Below, piece after piece: positions 10,411 through 19,445 of a stretch of 35,387 bases of DNA (positions are counted from its first letter, which is position 1; the number at the start of each line of letters is the position of its first letter). The position numbers and the translations under genes are program-made. The stretch covers positions 1 through 35,387 of the forward strand of contig CAYVYK010000017.1 of NCBI GenBank assembly GCA_964455675.1. The letters run 5' to 3'. The notes beneath the pieces are model-generated. The model was not told where the DNA came from. It did not search any database and was given only the letters and a program-made list of their open reading frames with translations. This DNA is from an uncultured Methanosarcinales archaeon. GTDB taxonomy: Archaea > Nanobdellota > Nanobdellia > Woesearchaeales > CAYVYK01.

Positions 10411-11367
10411 TCATGATGTCTGTACTAACACAGATTTTTGAACGCGTGCGTCCCTGATGCGGCGCTCGTATGGGTCGTTGAAATAGTGGTCTCCTTTTTC
10501 GAGCAATGTCACAAGTCTTTCATGTTCCTTTCCGGGAAGGAGCTCCATCTGCTCGATGCGCTTGAGGCTTTCGATTTGATACACGGCAACTCCATAATGT
10601 GTTGGTCGTGCATGTATCCCATACGGCGCGAGCATTGCTCCGACTGCTTGGATGATGGGAAGACGGTTCCTCCCTCGCAGGTGGAGGCGTGGCCGTTTTG
10701 TGTCAACGCTTGCGCCTCTGAAGAATCCTCGTAGGTACGTGATGGTAGTAGGGTTATTCTGGAGAATTGCGTATGGCGGATGAGTGTTCATTCCTGTCAG
10801 CGCGTGGATGACATGCATGACTTGGTCGCTGTGGAACGAGACTCGTCGACGGAGAGGAAGGTACGCGCTTGGCGCGGGCCGGTCGCTTGCGGCGTCTCCG
10901 AATACTTGTTCGATGAGTGTGGCAAGATCCCGTGCTTCGTCCTTATCCTTGCAGCAGAGTGAGATGCACGGTGCAGCCGTATGCTGTGCTTCTTGGTAGA
11001 TTCCTACGAGTTGCGCGAATGCCGGCTTTTTAAACACCGAAACGTCATACTTCTTGATGACGATCCTCTTGTGCTGCGATTCCGCAACGATCCGTGCAAG
11101 CTCAAGGCCAGGCAATGGTTTTATCGGAACGCAGGAGGTACGCTGATGATTCGTTCTTGTCTGCCTGCGTAGGATATTCGTCCGGACTTTGTGCTCGGGA
11201 ATCCCTTCAAGAATCATTTTCGCCGTGTTGCGGTGCAGGTCATATCGCGCAGCGATTTGTGCAATGGTGGATAAGGCGTCCACTTCTCCTCGAAGCCATT
11301 GGTGCACTTCGTCCCGCGCAGTCTCCATCATTGACGCGCGGACGCTTTCAACGATCCTCGCTCGCAT
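10411..11367 (-). CDS. HTH + degenerate tandem LAGLIDADG-like protein
   Basis: N-terminal TIAQIAARYDLHRNTAKMIL; LAGLIDADG-like helices FAQLVGIYQEAQ and TYLRGFFRGASV followed by ..QAVGAMLAPYGI. Confidence 0.6.
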   Translation of the reverse strand: MRARIVESVRASMMETARDEVHQWLRGEVDALSTIAQIAARYDLHRNTAKMILEGIPEHKVRTNILRRQTRTNHQRTSCVPIKPLPGLELARIVAESQHKRIVIKKYDVSVFKKPAFAQLVGIYQEAQHTAAPCISLCCKDKDEARDLATLIEQVFGDAASDRPAPSAYLPLRRRVSFHSDQVMHVIHALTGMNTHPPYAILQNNPTTITYLRGFFRGASVDTKRPRLHLRGRNRLPIIQAVGAMLAPYGIHARPTHYGVAVYQIESLKRIEQMELLPGKEHERLVTLLEKGDHYFNDPYERRIRDARVQKSVLVQTS

Positions 11368-11653
11368 GAATGACCTTGGCCTTCAGTCGTTATATATCTT
11401 CCGATGACTACCGTCGGAGAGGATTATTGCCAACGAATGAATATCGGTTATGAGAACAGGTTCCGTCAAATACGTTCCACAACGAATCAAATCGCGACTG
11501 CGTTCCAAGCGACCGTTCAATAACGGAAACGGCGGCCAAAGGCTGCCGTGGTCAGAGCGTCATTCCCGGTGTTCTGATTGTCGGTTGTTGTTTTTTGCCG
11601 TGCGCAAAGCGTCATTCCAAGTAGTATGTGATGTGAATTCCTTTGATAGAGGA

Positions 11654-12019
11654 TTATGAGATTCGTTTTCGGTATGGCTCGAGTCTGTCACGGTCGTTTG
11701 TCTGCATGCCCATGGCAAAGACTATTTCCGCTCGTTCTGGGAAGTGTATCTGTTCTTGCCATTCCCCAATTCTTCCCTCGGCAGCAAATCGTTGGTACAC
11801 GCCCAAACGAGCAAGAAGTGTTTCATAATCAAGAGCAAGAATGCATCCGCCATTCACTTGGTGTGACCAAACCCCGCTTGCTCTATTCCTGAATGCTGGT
11901 TCGAGTGGCCGGACAAACTTGATATCATAGCCTTGCTGATCCATCGTCTGCGCAGCTTCTGGGTCGATGACGTGTGCGATGTCGTTATCGTACGGTATCA
12001 TAATAGTCTGTGGTGTCAA
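11654..12019 (-). CDS. Hypothetical protein (TTG start; alternative ATG 12001)
   Basis: Protein-like ORF preceded on the minus strand by gaaaggtttttata BRE-TATA (12027-12040). Confidence 0.6.
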   Translation of the reverse strand: MTPQTIMIPYDNDIAHVIDPEAAQTMDQQGYDIKFVRPLEPAFRNRASGVWSHQVNGGCILALDYETLLARLGVYQRFAAEGRIGEWQEQIHFPERAEIVFAMGMQTNDRDRLEPYRKRIS

Positions 12020-12179
12020 GTGAACGTATAAAAACCTTTCGTATAATAGTCACCTACTAGTAGTAATTAGATCCTCTCAATGCCCAAAGTCTATAGGTCG
12101 CACAAAATGCCGCTTGAGCAGTGAGTGAACATTGCGTATACCACAAACTTTTTAAGGAATTTCCTTCAACAATCCCCAG

Positions 12180-12755
12180 ATGAAAGCATTACTAGTACTT
12201 GTGTTGGGATTGCTACTGATCGCTTGCACTCCAGTTGCACCGATTGAACCCGCAACTCCAACACCGGAGGTTAGTACGATGGATAATACAAACAACACGA
12301 TCATTCTGATGGAAACTACCATGGGCAACATCAAGATCAGACTATTCGACGACAAAGTCCCGGTCACCGCGAAGAACTTCAAAGATCTGGTGGAGGAGGG
12401 ATTTTACGACGGCATAATCTTTCACCGCGTGATTGACGGCTTCATGATCCAAGGCGGGGATCCGACAGGCACAGGAACTGGCGGCAGCCTCAAGACTATT
12501 CCCGACGAGTTCCACCCTTCGCTTAAGCATAGCCGCAAGGGACTCCTCAGCATGGCGAACCGAGGCCCAAACACTGGTACCTCACAGTTCTTTATCACGC
12601 TTGTTCCAACCCCTCATCTTGACGGCAAGCACGCGATCTTTGGAGAAGTCATCGAGGGTATGAATGTTGTTGAGTCTATCGGCAGAGTCCCGATAGGACC
12701 TCGTGATAAGCCGATCAGTGATGTCGTTATGACAAAAGTAACGGTCGTGTCATAG
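12180..12755 (+). CDS. ppiA: Cyclophilin-type peptidyl-prolyl isomerase with lipoprotein-like signal
   Basis: [50 protein letters not shown]-terminal LLLIA-C lipobox and Pro/Thr linker. Confidence 0.93.
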   Translation: MKALLVLVLGLLLIACTPVAPIEPATPTPEVSTMDNTNNTIILMETTMGNIKIRLFDDKVPVTAKNFKDLVEEGFYDGIIFHRVIDGFMIQGGDPTGTGTGGSLKTIPDEFHPSLKHSRKGLLSMANRGPNTGTSQFFITLVPTPHLDGKHAIFGEVIEGMNVVESIGRVPIGPRDKPISDVVMTKVTVVS

Positions 12756-12819
12756 TCCGAATTCTCTTCTGGAGACGAGCGACATATCGTTTGAGGCATT
12801 TCAACTAAAAGAATAAAAT

Positions 12820-12838
12820 CTGGTCCGTAATGGACCAG
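12820..12838. terminator. Hairpin between convergent genes (possible terminator)
   Basis: ctggtcc-gtaat-ggaccag inverted repeat. Confidence 0.35.
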
Positions 12839-12865
12839 GACTCATTATGCGATTACTTAGTGTGA

Positions 12866-13033
12866 TCACTTTGCTTTTTGGTAGACTGACGCACAGTGTT
12901 TGCACGGTTTTCCATTCATGGAACAGCGATTACAGCAGCATCCCATGTGCACCATTCCGTCCTTGTGCTCGCAAAGAACGAGTTGATCCGGACTTGTTTT
13001 GAAGTCGCCTGTGCAGATCTTGCAATTATCCAT
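12866..13033 (-). CDS. 55-aa Cys/His-rich zinc-finger protein (PHD/RING-like spacing)
   Basis: True start MDNCKIC at 13033 with SD-like agaggtg; 9 Cys + 3 His. Confidence 0.75.
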   Translation of the reverse strand: MDNCKICTGDFKTSPDQLVLCEHKDGMVHMGCCCNRCSMNGKPCKHCASVYQKAK

Positions 13034-13142
13034 GATAAGCACCTCTTTACATGAACCTTGGGAAACCGAGTATTTATGCTTTGTGGAACTGATGGATAAT
13101 GCTTGCACAATAATTTTATACTTCCATGGTAAATCATGATGC

Positions 13143-13652
13143 ATGGCCCATGTCTGTTCTGCAGAGCATGCATTTCTGCTTGATAATTTCATAAGGAAAT
13201 GGCTGCATAATCCCCATAAGATACTTTCGCCGTTCGTTAGACCTGGCATGACCGTCGTCGACCTCGGCTGCGGTCCTGGTTTATTTACCAGGGAAATGGC
13301 AAACCTGGTTGGTCCGAACGGAAAAGTAATCGCGGTGGACATCCAGAAAGCAATGCTTGATAAGATCAAAGTGCCTATGGTGAAATTGCATCTTGCAGGG
13401 AGAGACGCGATAGGCCTCAGGAGTCCCGTTGATTTCGCGCTCATGTTCTACATGCTTCACGAGGTGTCCGATCAGCGCAAATTCCTCAAGGACCTTCGGA
13501 GCATTCTGAAGGGATATGCGCTTCTCGTCGAGCCGAAATTCCATGTGTCAAGGAGCGATTTTGAGAAGAGCATTCTTTACGCGAAGAAGGCTGGTTTTTC
13601 CTGTGAAATCGGTCCTCGCATTCTGCTCAGTAGGACGTGCCTGCTGCGGTGA
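13143..13652 (+). CDS. Class I SAM-dependent methyltransferase
   Basis: VVDLGCGPG motif I, VIAVDIQ, FYMLHEV. Confidence 0.88.
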   Translation: MAHVCSAEHAFLLDNFIRKWLHNPHKILSPFVRPGMTVVDLGCGPGLFTREMANLVGPNGKVIAVDIQKAMLDKIKVPMVKLHLAGRDAIGLRSPVDFALMFYMLHEVSDQRKFLKDLRSILKGYALLVEPKFHVSRSDFEKSILYAKKAGFSCEIGPRILLSRTCLLR

Positions 13653-13724
13653 CACGAAAAAAATCGGTAAAATAGTCGAAACTTTATTATATTTAGCCAC
13701 TTTGGGTATGTCTGGGGTACGGAA

Positions 13725-14285
13725 ATGATGCCATCTGATGTGAATTCTCCAAAATTGACCGCTCATGATAAGGAAGTGCTCCAAAGAATTATCGACCATG
13801 CGAAGATTCCAGACAGCGAGATCGCGAAAGCGATCGGGATTTCTCCGCAGGCGGTGTTTAAGATCAGAAGCAAGCTTGAGAATCTCGGAATCATTAAAGG
13901 CTACATGCCCATCGTTGATTATCGGAAAGTTGGTATCACGATGATGGTCGTGCTTGTTATCCGCCTAACTTCCTCCGTATGGGAGAAATTCACTGATGAC
14001 TTGATATCTGACAGAATCTCGCGCATGCCCTACGTTCTCGGGGCGTACCGCGTGTCTGACGCGCGTGCCTCGCACATCCTTCTCATGGGTTTTCGGGACG
14101 TCCACCAAAAGGAGCAGTACCTGTCGCAGATTCAGACAAAGTTTGCCAAGGAGATCGAGATCAAGGATGTCTACTCATTTTCCGTCGATAAAATCATCCT
14201 CCAGAATCCTCTTGGAATCCTTAGCGAGATTATTGACAAGAAAGAGTTTTCTCCCTACGAATTCTTTCCGCCAATAAAGAAATGA
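13725..14285 (+). CDS. Lrp/AsnC family transcriptional regulator
   Basis: HTH DSEIAKAIGISPQAVFKIRSKLENLGIIKGY followed by a RAM-like C-terminal domain. Confidence 0.88.
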   Translation: MMPSDVNSPKLTAHDKEVLQRIIDHAKIPDSEIAKAIGISPQAVFKIRSKLENLGIIKGYMPIVDYRKVGITMMVVLVIRLTSSVWEKFTDDLISDRISRMPYVLGAYRVSDARASHILLMGFRDVHQKEQYLSQIQTKFAKEIEIKDVYSFSVDKIILQNPLGILSEIIDKKEFSPYEFFPPIKK

Positions 14286-14813
14286 GCATCAACTAAAGGG
14301 CGACCATCAGTTGATTTCATCTACCGAGTATTCAAATAGATAAACAGTTTTAATTCTGACAGGATACGACTCTCGTATTCGATTGTTGCGTTGGGGGATG
14401 ATCTGCGCAACGCTGGATTGTAAGCTAGTTTCACAGGGAGTTTCTTGCGACAGCGGTAGGATTTATGCGTGTTGGAAGTCTGGGGGGTGTGAGGATGATG
14501 TATCAAGATAGGAGTGGGAGAATCTTGTTCGACGACGACTTGGATGAGCTTAACGCGTGGGAAGTGGAGGAACTTGGCATCCATTATTATGACAAAATGG
14601 ATGTGTAAATGGACGTGTAACCGACGGGAGCAGGATGGAATCCTGCAGGATGGATGCGTGCAAGATTGGTGAGTTAGCGTGAAAGATGGATGCGATAGTG
14701 TGAACAGTGCCGGGTATATGGCAATGTCAACACATACCTTTATGAGCTAGTCTACATCTGCTCCAGCAATTGAGTAACAGAAACGAGAGTTGTCCCTACG
14801 TGGGCTGAAACAG

Positions 14814-14960
14814 ATGGAACAAAAAAAACAGGCAGTGAAACAAAAAAAACAGGCAGTGAATGCTGGGGTGAAGTGCAGGCACTGCCATAAGCCAGTATTT
14901 GAGGTGAGGTTGCGTGGGTTGTCACTCATCTGTCCGTATTGCGGAAAGCCTATAGGATAG
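14814..14960 (+). CDS. 48-aa zinc-ribbon protein (absent from ORF track)
   Basis: Hand translation MEQKKQAVKQKKQAVNAGVKCRHCHKPVFEVRLRGLSLICPYCGKPIG; CxxC...CPxCG. Confidence 0.75.
   Translation: MEQKKQAVKQKKQAVNAGVKCRHCHKPVFEVRLRGLSLICPYCGKPIG
14818..14860 (+). repeat. 21-bp tandem duplication (in-frame 7-aa repeat)
   Basis: aacaaaaaaaacaggcagtga x2. Confidence 0.9.
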
Positions 14961-15106
14961 ACCCTTCTTTGTGCTTCAACAAATATTTTCTCGATTGCTC
15001 ACGTTGAAAACCTGTATTCTTGTTCTGCTGTATCCGTGCCATGCAGTCATCCTTTCAATAATTCCTATGGTTAACTATTTAAATCGGCTCTCTTGGTATA
15101 CCATCG

Positions 15107-16483
15107 ATGAAGGCGGTTCTTGCGAACATGGGGTTTGTTTTGCAGATGTCTGGGATATTTCTTGCAATTCCCATTATCGCTTCATTTGTGTATGGCGAGA
15201 CAAATGCAACGATCGGGCTGTTCATCGCTGCGATGGTGTTCCTTGGTTGCGGTTTCCTCTTTAATGCCCTCTGCGAGAGGAAGGATCTTGACTCCTATAG
15301 TTCGAACGCGCTGATTGTACTCTCCTTCGTACTTCTCGGGGTCATTGGTTCTATTCCTTACATTTACATTAGTGGCACGCCAGGGATCGAGCGCGTGGTG
15401 GACGGCCTCTTCGAGTCCGTTTCAGGGTATACAACGACGGGTTTTACGATCATTGCGGATGTGGACCTGCTTCCCCGCTCTATCCTGCTCTACCGTGCGC
15501 TTACCCAGTTTATCGGCGGCATTGGTATTGTTCTCATCCTGCTTGTCTTCTTTTACAGCGAGGAAAAGCTTGTCGCGCTGTCAAAATCCCTGGGTCTTTC
15601 GAGCAACCACAAAATCAGGAAGACTTTTTTTCTCATCCTCGGCACGTACATCGGCTATGATATTATCGTCACCGCTGTCCTGTACCTTTTGGGGTATCAT
15701 GATGTCGTGACGATCACAGAATACGTGCTCGCGACGATCAGTACTGGTGGTTTCTCGCCAGGATCAATACAGGATCTTGTCACCCAGAAGCCTTTTGGTC
15801 TTATGATCATTCTTGGCATGCTCATGGGTGCGTCGAATTTTGTGGACTTGACGAACCTTGTGAGGGTTCGGATTTGGAGTTTCCTCAAGTCAGAGGCCAT
15901 GGCATTTCTCCTCGTTGTTGCTGGCGCGGTCATCGCGGTGCAGGTTTTTTTCCATCTGGGTTGGTATCAAACCGTATTCCACGTGGTGAGTGCCATGTCG
16001 ACGACAGGTTTTAGCTACATTGACATAAATGGCATGGGCGAGACGTTCATGCTGGTGTTTGCCGCGCTCATGCTCATCGGTGGTACGACATTCTCCACTG
16101 CTGGCGGTCTGAAAATGCAGAGACTGTTCCTTCTGCTCAAACTGATTCCAAAGGTTGTAGTTGAGGTAACGACCGGCAGGGAGAAGAAGGTTTCCGTGTT
16201 TGGCAGGGAATTTACCGACGCTGAACTTGTTCAAACCGTTTTCGCGAGCCTTCTCCTCGTGGTCTCAACGCTCGCTTTTGCGTTCCTTGTTCATCTGCAT
16301 GGTTTTCCGTTCGTGGATTCGCTCTTCGAGGTCGTTTCTGCCATCACATGTACGGGCCTTGGTGTTGGCATTGCCGCTCCTTCCGCTTCTGTCGCTGTCA
16401 AGCTGATTTTTACCCTCGTCATGCTTATCGGTCGTGTGGAACTTGTTGCTGTTCTCATCTTCCTCTCGTTTCGAAAGGCATAG
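15107..16483 (+). CDS. trkH: TrkH-family potassium uptake membrane subunit
   Basis: Pore loops FESVSGYTTTGFT, ISTGGFS, SAMSTTGFS, SAITCTGLG; STAGGLK; MLIGRVE. Confidence 0.93.
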   Translation: MKAVLANMGFVLQMSGIFLAIPIIASFVYGETNATIGLFIAAMVFLGCGFLFNALCERKDLDSYSSNALIVLSFVLLGVIGSIPYIYISGTPGIERVVDGLFESVSGYTTTGFTIIADVDLLPRSILLYRALTQFIGGIGIVLILLVFFYSEEKLVALSKSLGLSSNHKIRKTFFLILGTYIGYDIIVTAVLYLLGYHDVVTITEYVLATISTGGFSPGSIQDLVTQKPFGLMIILGMLMGASNFVDLTNLVRVRIWSFLKSEAMAFLLVVAGAVIAVQVFFHLGWYQTVFHVVSAMSTTGFSYIDINGMGETFMLVFAALMLIGGTTFSTAGGLKMQRLFLLLKLIPKVVVEVTTGREKKVSVFGREFTDAELVQTVFASLLLVVSTLAFAFLVHLHGFPFVDSLFEVVSAITCTGLGVGIAAPSASVAVKLIFTLVMLIGRVELVAVLIFLSFRKA

Positions 16484-16550
16484 CGCCTGATGCTTTGCAA
16501 GAGCTCCACACGCGGGAAAATTTATATATCACGACCTTCTGGATTTCCTC

Positions 16551-17390
16551 ATGCGTTTCCAGTCCTATCTTGGGTATGCTCTGATTGCGGCAGGTCTCAT
16601 ATTCTTTGCGGGATTTGTGCCCACAACGACGGGAGCCGTGATCGGTGCTCCACCTGTATCGTGGGCTGGTATGCTTGCGGGAATTCTCCTTGTGACTCTT
16701 GGTGTTGCGGCTGTCGCTTCAGATCGTCTTGAGCATATTGTGGCGGCGCAGGAGTTTGGTAGGAGGTTTCGTTCAGCCGAGCCTGATGATGCGAAGCGTG
16801 TTATTGTGCTTGATACGTCCGCGATTCTTCACTATGGGGAAAGGGAGCTGCTGCAATTCCTCCAGCAGTACGACCGCGTGTATGTCCCTGATAAAGTCCT
16901 TGCCGAAATCAAGGATTCCCGCCTGCGAAGGATTGTCGAGGAGAACAGCGATGAGTGCACGTACACGAAGCAGTACGTATCGATTGCGGAAAAGGCTCTT
17001 GCCCAGACAGAAAAGCCTCAGCTTCGGTTGCATCTCATGCCCTATCTTAAGGGCGAGAAGAAGATCACAAGCCTTTCCGAGCAGACAAGGATCCAGCGCG
17101 AGACGAAGCGAGTCCGTGAGATCATGCAGCGTGAGGGTGTTGATGGCGCGCTTGCGGATTATGCTCCTGATTTGGTGCGGAGGAAGATCATTGATTACCT
17201 TGACAAGTCATGCACGGTTTCTCCTGCGGATATTGAGGTTATGGCGACCGCGCTTTATGCCGCCAGGAACAGGAATCATGCACTCATTGGAGAGAGTGAT
17301 ATTGATTTGCGTGGCGCTGTTGCGCTCGTTAAGAAGGAGCATCCGAAGATTGGGGAGTATATGGACTGTGTTGAGCCGTACGCAGCGTAG
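16551..17390 (+). CDS. Membrane-anchored PIN-domain protein
   Basis: Two N-terminal hydrophobic helices; PIN motifs IVLDTSAIL, VPDKVLAEI, SPADIEV, ESDIDL. Confidence 0.78.
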   Translation: MRFQSYLGYALIAAGLIFFAGFVPTTTGAVIGAPPVSWAGMLAGILLVTLGVAAVASDRLEHIVAAQEFGRRFRSAEPDDAKRVIVLDTSAILHYGERELLQFLQQYDRVYVPDKVLAEIKDSRLRRIVEENSDECTYTKQYVSIAEKALAQTEKPQLRLHLMPYLKGEKKITSLSEQTRIQRETKRVREIMQREGVDGALADYAPDLVRRKIIDYLDKSCTVSPADIEVMATALYAARNRNHALIGESDIDLRGAVALVKKEHPKIGEYMDCVEPYAA

Positions 17391-17850
17391 CATTGATTTC
17401 TTTGCGCCATTCACTCATCCATCCTTTGATGGTATCCCAGCTTGGTTGCTCTGCGCTTGCTTTGAATGCTTCTCTGCAGAGGGTATCGTCCGCGATAAGA
17501 ACATCGTCGATGACGGTTGTCGCAAGCCCTTCAGGAATTCTCCGAACATTGTAGAAATTGATGCCTTTTCCAGTGTAGGCGCCTTCTGGACCGACGTGAT
17601 GACGCACGATCTTTGATGCGTATGTGTCGATCTCGGGATGCTCCCGCGAAAGCCTCCAATTTTCGATAACGTGTACAGGAGAGTTGAATACAGGCATGCC
17701 ATGGAATGGCTCAACACGCTGGTATGGCCCTTGATGGATATGAAAGTAAAAGTCATATTCCTTGCCATGAAACGAGATGAATGCGTTCTTTCCATAGAGC
17801 GTCGCCTGTTCGAACTTTCTGTCAAGTGCTTCCCGCAATGTCTCCGGCAT
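17329..17850 (-). CDS. Hypothetical protein
   Basis: Likely start MPETLREAL (17850); minus-strand cgaaaggtttataag promoter at 17920-17934; 3' end overlaps the PIN gene. Confidence 0.6.
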   Translation of the reverse strand: MPETLREALDRKFEQATLYGKNAFISFHGKEYDFYFHIHQGPYQRVEPFHGMPVFNSPVHVIENWRLSREHPEIDTYASKIVRHHVGPEGAYTGKGINFYNVRRIPEGLATTVIDDVLIADDTLCREAFKASAEQPSWDTIKGWMSEWRKEINATLRTAQHSPYTPQSSDAPS

Positions 17851-17979
17851 GAGCACGACGCCGCGCGGTTTTGGCTGTATAGGTAACACTACCATTAACT
17901 ACCATACAGTGACTACTTACTTATAAACCTTTCGCTTAATCCCGAACGTTTAAAAGCCGCTAGAAACCTCCATACGCGA

Positions 17980-18630
17980 ATGATTCGCTTCGCCGTTTTT
18001 GACTGGAATGGTACCTTGTTTGCGGACACGCAGGCTGTCGTCGACGCCGGAAACCATGTCATTCAGAGGTATGGCGGAACGCCGCTCAGTAGAGCGCGGT
18101 ACACTGCAGAGTTTGATTTTCCAGTTAGGGCGTTCCTCGAGCGTCAGGGCTGCGCCTTGCGTGATGGCTATGAGAATGTCTTCCATGAGTTCTACGAGCA
18201 AAGAGCACGGCAATGCCGCACGAGAAAAGGCGCGCGTCAGGTTCTAAGCTTCCTTCAGGACCGATCGATCGATTCCGTGATCCTCTCAAACCACATCGCA
18301 GGAGCTATCCACGATCAGCTGCTCCGGTTAGATCTTGTCCAGTACATCGCGACCGTCCTTGGCAATGAGACTCGTGAGGCGACAGGCACCGGATACAATA
18401 AAATCGAACGATTGCGGGAATACCTGGACCGAACCGGATTTGATCCCGCCCAAGGCATGGTCGTCGGTGACGCGCCCGAGGATATCGGTATTGGAAAGCA
18501 GTTCGGCATGACAACTGTCGGGATGCATGATGGCTACTATGGCGACAGAAGGGTTCTCGCATGCAAGCCCGATTACATGATTGAGAGCCTTCCTAAGCTC
18601 ATCGATATCGTGAAGGAGAAATCTAGATAG
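17980..18630 (+). CDS. HAD-superfamily hydrolase (phosphoglycolate-phosphatase-like)
   Basis: FDWNGTL motif I, ILSN motif II, K motif III, VGDAPEDI motif IV. Confidence 0.9.
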   Translation: MIRFAVFDWNGTLFADTQAVVDAGNHVIQRYGGTPLSRARYTAEFDFPVRAFLERQGCALRDGYENVFHEFYEQRARQCRTRKGARQVLSFLQDRSIDSVILSNHIAGAIHDQLLRLDLVQYIATVLGNETREATGTGYNKIERLREYLDRTGFDPAQGMVVGDAPEDIGIGKQFGMTTVGMHDGYYGDRRVLACKPDYMIESLPKLIDIVKEKSR

Positions 18631-18955
18631 TCTCGTGCTTCTTATCTTTGGGATCAGTATTCGTTTTGATGACGATGTAGTCGAGTTCTTCGAGGATCTT
18701 TTCGATCTGGTGCTTCTCTCCCGGATGTACCATGACGACATCGTCCTTACGGATGGGAACCTGTTCCCCATTGATCTTCATGATCGCTCTGCCGGCAAGA
18801 ATAAGGTAATACTCATAACCTTTCTCATGGCTGTGGTAGACTTCGCCTTTCAGGAGGTCTTTTCGCTTCGTGCGCATCACGATGAGTGGTGATCCGTGCT
18901 CAGCACCGCACACTTTAATGTCTTTTGCGTGCTGTCGCGTCTTGAATTTTTTCAT
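18623..18955 (-). CDS. Cupin domain protein
   Basis: HSHEKGYEYYLILAG ... DVVMVHPGEKH. Confidence 0.85.
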   Translation of the reverse strand: MKKFKTRQHAKDIKVCGAEHGSPLIVMRTKRKDLLKGEVYHSHEKGYEYYLILAGRAIMKINGEQVPIRKDDVVMVHPGEKHQIEKILEELDYIVIKTNTDPKDKKHETI

Positions 18956-19002
18956 ATGTCACAGCGACAACGCTCCCTTTAAGAATATTGCGGAATAATC
19001 TT

Positions 19003-19359
19003 CTATTTTTCGAACAGAAGGTCTTGTTCTCCGGGGTCGTTCGTCCGGAACATGAGGAGCACGAAATCCTCTTTGCCATGATTTGCAAACGCATGAATAT
19101 CCCCCGGTTCCATGAGGAAGAATTCTCCCGGTTTTGCCTTGATCTTTTTCCCATTCACGATCACGGTGCCATTCCCCTGCGCGACATAGAACACCTCGCA
19201 CCGAACGTTGTGATGGTGCTCAGGAACGCTTTTTCCCCTCGTGAATTTCAGCACCTGGAATTTAGCTCCTTTCGCGCGTAATTCTTTCTCGTATACCACG
19301 CTTCTAAGATAATCAAACCGGTCGTGGTATTTGAGTTTTTCAATACTTCCGGATTTCAT
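19003..19359 (-). CDS. Cupin domain protein
   Basis: EHHHNVRCEVFYVAQG ... PGEFFLMEPGDIHAF; start 19359 chosen from the minus-strand gataggtttatta promoter at about 19383-19395. Confidence 0.85.
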   Translation of the reverse strand: MKSGSIEKLKYHDRFDYLRSVVYEKELRAKGAKFQVLKFTRGKSVPEHHHNVRCEVFYVAQGNGTVIVNGKKIKAKPGEFFLMEPGDIHAFANHGKEDFVLLMFRTNDPGEQDLLFEK

Positions 19360-19445
19360 GCGGTGTTCTTTCATCGTTGCCGTAATAAACCTATCGGTAC
19401 ATAGTTCTATGTTCAGTGTATTCACGTGGACGCTAAAAAATAATA

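Noticed and set aside
11404..11650. Short ORFs, 9-bp hairpin (acggcggcc/ggctgccgt) and agcgtcattcc repeat
   Set aside because: No protein-like ORF; the hairpin is plausibly just a terminator; evidence too thin.
14321..14584. 87-aa minus-strand ORF
   Set aside because: No recognisable motif and no clear promoter or SD; not supportable as a gene.
14760..15106. c-di-AMP (ydaO) riboswitch upstream of trkH
   Set aside because: The gctgaa/ggggtgaa words lie in or next to the zinc-ribbon ORF, and the paired architecture is absent.
16699..17616. 305-aa alternative-frame ORF and other long overlapping ORFs
   Set aside because: Arg/Ser-rich shadows of motif-supported genes in other frames.
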